Source of the DNA: Mycolicibacterium smegmatis
Lineage (GTDB): Bacteria; Actinomycetota; Actinomycetes; Mycobacteriales; Mycobacteriaceae
DNA length: 32,000 nt
Direction of reading: 5' to 3'
NCBI RefSeq assembly: GCF_001457595.1
Contig: NZ_LN831039.1
Location: forward strand, 2,040,001-2,072,000
The notes under the pieces were generated by a model. That model was not told the DNA's origin and made no database searches. It worked only from the letters and a program-made list of their open reading frames with translations. Shown here in pieces: positions 26,152 to 32,000 of the stretch. The translations under genes were made by a program, and so were the position numbers. How positions within the stretch are numbered: position 1 is the stretch's first letter; each line of letters opens with the position of its first letter.

Positions 26152-26406
26152 TCAGACTCCGGTGCGCGCCTTGGTGCGCGCGTTGCGACGCTTGAGTGCA
26201 CGGCGCTCGTCCTCGCTCATGCCGCCCCACACGCCGGCGTCCTGGCCCGACTCCAAAGCCCAGCTCAGGCACTCGGTGGTCACCGGGCACCGGTTGCACA
26301 CCAGCTTCGCGTCAGCGATCTGGGCAAGGGCCGGCCCACTGTTTCCCACCGGGAAGAACAGCTCCGGATCCTCGTCGCGACAGACCGCCTTGTGGCGCCA
26401 ATCCAT
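26152..26406 (-). CDS. whiB1: WhiB-family iron-sulfur transcriptional regulator WhiB1
   Basis: 84 aa. MDWRHKAVCRDEDPELFFPVGNSG...AKLVCNRCPVTTECLSWALESGQDAGVWGGMSEDERRALKRR, with the four-Cys WhiB signature. Confidence 0.96.
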   Translation of the reverse strand: MDWRHKAVCRDEDPELFFPVGNSGPALAQIADAKLVCNRCPVTTECLSWALESGQDAGVWGGMSEDERRALKRRNARTKARTGV

Positions 26407-26545
26407 GTGATCTAACTCCTAATCGGGCGCGCGGCAAAGCGCGCGAATTTTTTCTCGGCTGTTAACGCGTGCACACAAATGTTTCTGCACTGTTGCATCT
26501 GATGTTTTCACACGCTCGACAGATGTCAATAGCAGTGAGTTAACA

Positions 26546-26561
26546 CGTGGGCAATGTCACT
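26546..26561. promoter_or_regulatory. CRP-like (cAMP receptor protein) binding site upstream of whiB1
   Basis: CGTGGGCAATGTCACT; its reverse complement AGTGACATTGCCCACG fits NGTGA-N6-YCACN, 140 bp upstream of the whiB1 ATG. Confidence 0.6.
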
Positions 26562-26653
26562 ACCTGGGTCGGGTAACCGACCACTTGTTCCGTTGTACTA
26601 CAGTGATACCTACCTACGCCCTCGATTAAGCGTGTGATGTACGTCTGCGCAGG

Positions 26654-27616
26654 TCAGGGGCGTGAACACGGTGGGGCGACCACCTTCAGCGCCGCCGGAA
26701 CCGCAGTGAAAGACATGGTTTCGCGCAGGCCGACGTAATCTCCGTCGATCTGGCACGCGACAGGCGTGTCGCTGGTCACTGTGACCGTAGGCACGTCGTC
26801 GTCGCGGATCAGATGCTTGCCTTCGACGCGCGGTTTCCGCGAGAGCATCTGCCGGACGAGGCGCAGGTTCGACCACACGTTCATGCTGGTCGTCGCAAAC
26901 ACCCCGAGTCCCGTCTCGAACGTCGTGTCCGGGTTGGTCCACACCGGCCGAGAATTGGCGTACGTCCACGGACTGGAGTTGGACACGAACGCGAAATGCA
27001 CGCCCGGCACCGGCTCCCTGCCGGGCAGGTGCAGCGTGAGCGAGGGCTCCTTGCGCACGCTGGCCAGCACCTCGCGCACCGCGACGCGGATGTAGCGGCC
27101 CGCGGTCACCTTGCGGCCCTTGGCCCGCTGCGCCTCCACCGCGGCCACGACGTCACCGTCGACACCCATGCCCGCGGTGAACACCGCCCAGCGCTCACCG
27201 CAGTCCATCAGGCCGATGCGCCGCCAGTCGTTGCCGTTGTGGTAGTCGCTGAGCAGGTCGACGAGTTGGTTGGTGGCGTCGATGGGGTCCGGGCTGATGC
27301 CGAGGGCGCGGGCGAAGACGTTCGCCGAACCCCCGGGCACCACCGACACCGCGGGTGCCGAATCGGCGTCGGGACGCGAGCCGCATTCACCGAGCACACC
27401 GTTGACGACTTCGTTGACCGTGCCGTCGCCGCCGTGCACGATCAGCACGTCCACGCCGTCACGGGTCGCCTCGCGGGCGATCTCGATCGCGTGACCACGA
27501 TGATCGGTGTGCGCGACGGTCAGGCTGACGCGGCTTTCCAGCGCATGTGCCAGCAGGTCGCGCCCCGCCGCGGTCGTCGAGGTCGCATTCGGGTTGACGA
27601 TCAGCACAGCGCGCAC
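26654..27616 (-). CDS. Diacylglycerol kinase/lipid kinase family protein (Rv3218-like)
   Basis: 320 aa. [22 protein letters not shown]...[19 protein letters not shown]...[14 protein letters not shown] is the DAGK catalytic domain. Confidence 0.88.
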   Translation of the reverse strand: MRAVLIVNPNATSTTAAGRDLLAHALESRVSLTVAHTDHRGHAIEIAREATRDGVDVLIVHGGDGTVNEVVNGVLGECGSRPDADSAPAVSVVPGGSANVFARALGISPDPIDATNQLVDLLSDYHNGNDWRRIGLMDCGERWAVFTAGMGVDGDVVAAVEAQRAKGRKVTAGRYIRVAVREVLASVRKEPSLTLHLPGREPVPGVHFAFVSNSSPWTYANSRPVWTNPDTTFETGLGVFATTSMNVWSNLRLVRQMLSRKPRVEGKHLIRDDDVPTVTVTSDTPVACQIDGDYVGLRETMSFTAVPAALKVVAPPCSRP

Positions 27617-27661
27617 GGGGAACCAGCCTATCGGGGTGTGCAGCGGCGCCGGCCCAACGAA

Positions 27662-28051
27662 TCAGTCCAGCAGATCCCCGTCGACGTAGACCCACGCGCC
27701 GTCCACACGTTCGAATCGGCTGCGTTCGTGCAGGATGCGGCGCCCTCCGCCGGTGACGTACTGCGCGCGGAACTCCACCACCCCGTGGTCATCGTCACGT
27801 CCGCCCGCCTCGGTGTCGACGATCTGCAGGCGCCGCCAGGCCACGGCGTCGTCGAGCGTCAACTCACGGGGCCGGCTCGCCGGATGCCAACTGGTCAGCA
27901 GATAGGCCGCGTCGCCGACCGCGAACGCGCTGTAGCGCGACCGCATCAGGGCCTGCGCGGTCTCCGCGGCACGCTCACCGCGGTGCAGCGGTCCACAGCA
28001 GTCGTCGTAGTCGTCGCCGCTCCCGCAGGGGCAACGCTCACCGTTCGACAC
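27662..28051 (-). CDS. YchJ family (SEC-C motif) protein
   Basis: GTG start at 28051. [60 protein letters not shown]. The tracked ORF extends upstream to 28579, antisense to the next gene. Confidence 0.88.
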   Translation of the reverse strand: MSNGERCPCGSGDDYDDCCGPLHRGERAAETAQALMRSRYSAFAVGDAAYLLTSWHPASRPRELTLDDAVAWRRLQIVDTEAGGRDDDHGVVEFRAQYVTGGGRRILHERSRFERVDGAWVYVDGDLLD

Positions 28052-28129
28052 CGGGTCAGTTTCCCAGACGGCGCCTTCCGAGCGGGCGTCCTTGCAGTGC
28101 AGACACACGTGCGTCGGTACCGTACGGAG

Positions 28130-28567
28130 GTGACCGAACGCCGATTGCTGCTCGTGAACGGACCGAACCTGAACCTGCTCGGCACCCGGCAGCCCGAGAT
28201 CTACGGCACCACGACGCTGGCCGACATCGAACAGTCGGTGACCGCGCTGGCCGCCGAGTTCGGGTTCGAGGTGCGCGCGGTGCAGAGCAACCACGAGGGG
28301 GCCCTGGTCGACGCCATCCAGGCCGCCCGAACCGACTGTGCGGGCATCATCATCAATCCCGCTGCCTACAGCCACACCTCGGTGGCGATCGCGGACGCAC
28401 TGACCTCGGTGGAGCTTCCCGTGGCAGAGGTGCACCTGAGCAACATTCACCGACGCGAGGAGTTCCGGCATCACTCGTATGTCTCGGCGGTGGCCGAGAT
28501 GGTGATCTGCGGCGCCGGCGCGGCGGGTTACGAGTACGCGGTGCGCTACCTGGTGGGGCGGGTGTGA
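28130..28567 (+). CDS. aroQ: Type II 3-dehydroquinate dehydratase
   Basis: GTG start at 28130. [36 protein letters not shown]...[13 protein letters not shown]...[18 protein letters not shown]...[20 protein letters not shown]. Real gene lies within the long 26813..28567 ORF. Confidence 0.93.
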   Translation: MTERRLLLVNGPNLNLLGTRQPEIYGTTTLADIEQSVTALAAEFGFEVRAVQSNHEGALVDAIQAARTDCAGIIINPAAYSHTSVAIADALTSVELPVAEVHLSNIHRREEFRHHSYVSAVAEMVICGAGAAGYEYAVRYLVGRV

Positions 28568-28944
28568 TGGTTCAGCCACCCGGTGTGCGTTACGCCGGTT
28601 TCCTCACGGCCGCAGAGGGTGTCGCGGCGCTGGTGGTGGCCGTCGTGCTGTTGGTGCGTGCGATCGGCGGGGCCGATCAGCAGATCGTCAACGGCTGGGG
28701 CACCGCGCTGTGGTTCATCCTCATCGGCGGCGGTGTCCTGGTCGGCGGATGGGCCTTGATCACCGGAAGGCGTTGGGGGCGCGGCATTGCCGTGATCGCC
28801 AATCTGCTGCTGCTACCGGTCGCCTGGTACGTCATCACCTCGCACCACATCGTCTACGGCGTACTGCTGGGCCTGCTCGCGGTCGGCACGCTGGTGCTGC
28901 TGTTCACACCGTCGACGGTGGAATGGCTCACGCACCGGGACTGA
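28567..28944 (+). CDS. Small integral membrane protein (Rv3217c-like)
   Basis: About 125 aa with repeated hydrophobic segments (EGVAALVVAVVLLVRAIG, GTALWFILIGGGVLVGGWALI, VLLGLLAVGTLVLLF). Confidence 0.75.
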   Translation: MVQPPGVRYAGFLTAAEGVAALVVAVVLLVRAIGGADQQIVNGWGTALWFILIGGGVLVGGWALITGRRWGRGIAVIANLLLLPVAWYVITSHHIVYGVLLGLLAVGTLVLLFTPSTVEWLTHRD

Positions 28945-28950
28945 GCCGGA

Positions 28951-29430
28951 TCACTCCGCGGCGAGGGCGGTGAGCTCCCGCCCGGACACGCGGTAGGTGG
29001 TCCACTGCGTCTGCGGCTTGCCGCCGACGGCGTCGTACAGCGCGATCGCGTTGACGTTCCAGTTCAGCACCGCCCACTGCAACCGCGAGTAGCCGTTGTC
29101 GACGCACTCGCGGGCCAACGTCGCCAACAGTTTCCGCGCGATGCCGCGCCTGCGGAACGCCGGGCGCACGAACAGGTCCTCCAGGTAGATCCCGGCGACA
29201 CCGTCCCACGTGGAGAAGTTCAGGAACCACACCGCGGTCGCGGCGGCCTGACCGTCCACCTCGACGACGTGGGCGTAGGCCACCGGCTTGTCTCCGAAAA
29301 GCGCTGTGTGCAACTGCTCTTCGGTGACCGTGCACTCGTCGGAGGCGTGTTCGAACTCGGCGAGTTCGCGGATCATCGCGGTGATCTCGACCTCGTCGCC
29401 CGGACGGGCCCGGCGGATCAGTTCGGTCAT
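28951..29430 (-). CDS. GNAT-family N-acetyltransferase (Rv3216-like)
   Basis: Internal ATG at 29430. MTELIRRARPGDEVEITAMIRELAEFEHASDECTVTEEQL...GIYLEDLFVRPAFRRRGIARKLLATLA...LQWAVLNWNVNAIALYDAVGG. Confidence 0.92.
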   Translation of the reverse strand: MTELIRRARPGDEVEITAMIRELAEFEHASDECTVTEEQLHTALFGDKPVAYAHVVEVDGQAAATAVWFLNFSTWDGVAGIYLEDLFVRPAFRRRGIARKLLATLARECVDNGYSRLQWAVLNWNVNAIALYDAVGGKPQTQWTTYRVSGRELTALAAE

Positions 29431-30518
29431 TGCACTCCCAGCCCTGTCAGTATCGTGCGGAATTTGGTTGTGGTCTCGTCGACTTCGTCGTCGGGATCGG
29501 ATTCGGCGACGATGCCGCCCCCGGCATTCGCGAGCGCGACGCGGCGGTCGGCGGACAGTACGGCGCACCGGATCGACACCACCCAGCGGCCGTTGCCCGC
29601 GCTGTCGCACCAGCCGACGGCACCCGCGTAGAAGCCGCGGTCGCCTTCGAGTTCGGTGATGAGGGAGGCGGCCAGGTCGGTGGGGACGCCGCCGACGGCC
29701 GGTGTGGGATGCAGCGCGACGGCGAGATCGATTGCGGTGATCGCCTTGTCGCGCAACCGGCCACGGATCGGTGTGCTCAGGTGCCACAGCGCGTCGGTCG
29801 CGTGCAGTTCGGGCTGCGCGGCGATCTGCAGGTCGACGCACAACGGGTCGAGCGCCTTGCGCATGACGTCGACCACCAGTTCGTGCTCGTGGCGGTTCTT
29901 GCCGGAGGCGGCCAGCGCGGCGGCGTTCGCCCGGTCGGTCTCCAAATCGGCCGATCGTGGTGCCGAACCGGCGAACGGGCGGCAGATCACCTCGTCGCCG
30001 TCGCGGGCGACCAGCAACTCGGGGCTCGCGCCCACCAGCACGGTACCGGTGTGCGGATCGCCTGCCGGGCTCAGATCCGCCAGGTACACCGTGGCCGCCG
30101 GGTCCGCGTCGGCGAGTCGGCGCAGCACCGTGCGGGGATCCCACGGGGCTTCGGCGGTCAACCGCAGTGCGCGGGCCAGCACGACCTTGTCCAGCGGCGT
30201 GTCCGCGTCGCGCAACCGGCGCACCGCTTCGGCCACCCGCTCGCGGTGCACATCACCCGACGGCAGCGTCTCGCGCGTACGCAGCACCGGTGGAGTGCCC
30301 GTCGGCCAGTCGGGCAGCGCGCCGGCGACCCGCGCAGAAGCCGGGGCGTGCAGCGCCGCGGGCCCGGTCAGGTCGAACGGCAGCGCCCCGACGACGAGGT
30401 CCGCCGCGCCCGACGTCAGGGCCGCCCTGGCGCCGGCGATCGTGGCGAAGCCTGTCTGCACGCCCTCGCCGATCAGCACACCAGACGGGCCCGCGAAGAC
30501 GAACGACGGCGCGCTCAC
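29427..30518 (-). CDS. entC: Isochorismate synthase
   Basis: Chorismate-binding enzyme. VVLARALRLTAEAPWDPRTVLRRL, GASPELLVARDGDEVICRPFAGSAPRS, KNRHEHELVVDVM, HLSTPIRGRL, LHPTPAVGGVP, FYAGAVGWCDSAGNGRWVVSIRCA. GTG start at 30518 overlaps the upstream stop. Confidence 0.87.
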   Translation of the reverse strand: MSAPSFVFAGPSGVLIGEGVQTGFATIAGARAALTSGAADLVVGALPFDLTGPAALHAPASARVAGALPDWPTGTPPVLRTRETLPSGDVHRERVAEAVRRLRDADTPLDKVVLARALRLTAEAPWDPRTVLRRLADADPAATVYLADLSPAGDPHTGTVLVGASPELLVARDGDEVICRPFAGSAPRSADLETDRANAAALAASGKNRHEHELVVDVMRKALDPLCVDLQIAAQPELHATDALWHLSTPIRGRLRDKAITAIDLAVALHPTPAVGGVPTDLAASLITELEGDRGFYAGAVGWCDSAGNGRWVVSIRCAVLSADRRVALANAGGGIVAESDPDDEVDETTTKFRTILTGLGVQ

Positions 30519-31126
30519 TGGGGCAGACACGGGTTGGGGTGGCCGGTCAGGCCAAGAGCCGAGATCTGGCGCACGCCGTGCTCGAACCCGCACACGCCGA
30601 TCGATGCGGGCACCATGGATATCCGGATGCCATGTGTCACAGGCAGTTCCACCCAGCGGGCCAGGACGGCGCGGGAGAAGTGCCCGTGCCCGACGAACAC
30701 CACGTCACGGTCTTCGAGGTACTCCAGTGCCAGCGCCACGGCCCGGTCGGCACGCTCGCCCACCTCCTCGACACTCTCGCCGCCCGGGCAGCCGTGCTTC
30801 CACACCAGCCAGTCCGGCTCGGTTTCCCGGATCTGCGCCGTGGTGAGGCCCTCGTAGTTGCCGTAGTCCCACTCCGCGAGCAACGGAAGCTCTTCGGCGA
30901 CGGTCAGACCGGCCAGTTCGGCGGTGACCAGGGCCCGGCGGCGCGGGCTGCTGAACACCAGCGGGTCGCGCAACTGCAGTTCGGCGAGCGGTTCGGCGGC
31001 CAGCTTGGCCTGCTCACGGCCGGCCTCGGTGAGATCGAGGTCGGTGCGGCCGGTGTGCCTGCCGCTGGCCGACCATTCGGTCTCGCCGTGCCGGAGCAAC
31101 AAAAGGCGGTGCTGCTGGACGCTCAC
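30515..31126 (-). CDS. Histidine phosphatase/phosphoglycerate mutase-like (Rv3214-like)
   Basis: RHGETEWSASGRHTGRTDLDLTEAG...HGCPGGESVEEVGERADR...VVFVGHGHFSRAVLARW. Probable GTG start at 31126. Confidence 0.88.
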   Translation of the reverse strand: MSVQQHRLLLLRHGETEWSASGRHTGRTDLDLTEAGREQAKLAAEPLAELQLRDPLVFSSPRRRALVTAELAGLTVAEELPLLAEWDYGNYEGLTTAQIRETEPDWLVWKHGCPGGESVEEVGERADRAVALALEYLEDRDVVFVGHGHFSRAVLARWVELPVTHGIRISMVPASIGVCGFEHGVRQISALGLTGHPNPCLPQ

Positions 31127-31184
31127 ACCGGCGATTCTGCCCCACGGCGGGCCAAGGTCGCCCAGAGCGTGCTTGGATGGGGCT

Positions 31185-31982
31185 GTGACGCGAGTATTAG
31201 CGGTCGCCAATCAAAAGGGTGGGGTAGCCAAGACGACGACTGTGGCGTCCATCGGCGCGGCGCTCACCGAGCAGGGGCGCCGGGTGCTGCTCGTCGACCT
31301 GGACCCGCAGGGCTGTCTGACGTTCTCGCTGGGCCACGATCCCGACAAGCTGCCCGTGTCGGTACACGAGGTGCTGCTCGGCGACGTCGAGCCCAGTGCC
31401 GCGCTGGTCCGCACCGACGAGGGGATGACGCTGCTGCCGGCCAACATCGATCTGGCCGGCGCCGAGGCCATGCTCTTGATGCGGGCCGGGAGGGAGTATG
31501 CGCTCAAGCGCGCGCTGGCCAAACTCGATGGCGACTTCGACGTCGTGATCATCGACTGCCCGCCCTCGCTGGGTGTGCTCACGCTCAACGGGCTCACCGC
31601 AGCGCACGACGTGATCGTGCCGCTGCAGTGCGAGACACTGGCCCACCGCGGTGTCGGCCAGTTCCTGCGCACCATCTCCGACGTGCAGCAGATCACCAAC
31701 CCGGACCTGAAACTGCTGGGGGCGCTGCCCACGCTGTACGACTCACGCACCACGCACAGCCGCGACGTGTTGCTCGATGTCGCCGACCGCTACGAGCTTC
31801 CCGTGCTGGCGCCGCCGATTCCGCGCACGGTGCGGTTCGCCGAGGCCAGTGCGTCGGGATCCTCGGTGCTTGCCGGGCGCAAGAGCAAAGGCGCCATCGC
31901 CTATCGCGAGTTCGCCGACGCGCTGCTGCGGCACTGGAAGTCCGGCAGGAAGATGCCCACGTTCACCCCAGAGGTCGTGTAA
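31185..31982 (+). CDS. ParA-family ATPase (Rv3213c-like)
   Basis: GTG start at 31185. TRVLAVANQKGGVAKTTTVASIGAALTEQGRRVLLVDLDPQGCLTFSLGHDPDKLP...DVVIIDCPPSLGVLTLNGL has the deviant Walker A KGGVAKTT. Confidence 0.9.
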   Translation: MTRVLAVANQKGGVAKTTTVASIGAALTEQGRRVLLVDLDPQGCLTFSLGHDPDKLPVSVHEVLLGDVEPSAALVRTDEGMTLLPANIDLAGAEAMLLMRAGREYALKRALAKLDGDFDVVIIDCPPSLGVLTLNGLTAAHDVIVPLQCETLAHRGVGQFLRTISDVQQITNPDLKLLGALPTLYDSRTTHSRDVLLDVADRYELPVLAPPIPRTVRFAEASASGSSVLAGRKSKGAIAYREFADALLRHWKSGRKMPTFTPEVV

Positions 31983-32000
31983 GGGCTCGGATTTCCATGG

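Noticed and set aside
1-32000. tRNA/rRNA genes, CRISPR arrays, transposases, phage or defence systems
   Set aside because: None recognised on either strand. The novelty in this window lies in catabolic fusion proteins and regulatory layout, not in mobile or defence elements.

Overview
This 32-kb, high-GC window looks mycobacterial (M. smegmatis-like), judging by sigH/rshA, whiB1, pdtaS and the small ribosomal protein bL37. Left part (about 0.5-22.3 kb) is an aromatic-catabolism block. It encodes benzoate dioxygenase (benA, benB, and a reductase/diol dehydrogenase fusion), catB-catA-catC, and pcaF-pcaD-pcaI-pcaJ. Together these cover every enzymatic step from benzoate to succinyl-CoA plus acetyl-CoA. 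The block also carries three LysR regulators, a large ATP-binding LuxR regulator, and a CoA-transferase/acyl-CoA dehydrogenase module. It lies between an SDR gene resembling Rv3224 and the conserved ybaK-like/sigH/rshA/bL37/biotinyl-protein/pdtaS/whiB1/lipid-kinase/YchJ/DHQase/GNAT/isochorismate-synthase/phosphatase/ParA-like region. The strongest unusual item is one 920-aa ORF (14147-16909, minus). It joins a BenC-type ferredoxin/reductase, an Ala/Pro/Asp-rich linker, a GntR-type FCD sensor domain without its DNA-binding domain, and a BenD-type SDR. Other notable items are: a tandem class III CoA-transferase with unlike halves; a LysR-type T-N11-A palindrome (CTATTGAT-N11-ATCAATAG) upstream of benA whose half-site recurs at the pca promoter region; a 24-codon bL37 gene missing from the ORF track; a SigH-type promoter upstream of sigH; and a CRP-like site upstream of whiB1. 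Family assignments come from reading motifs in the translations; no database search was run.
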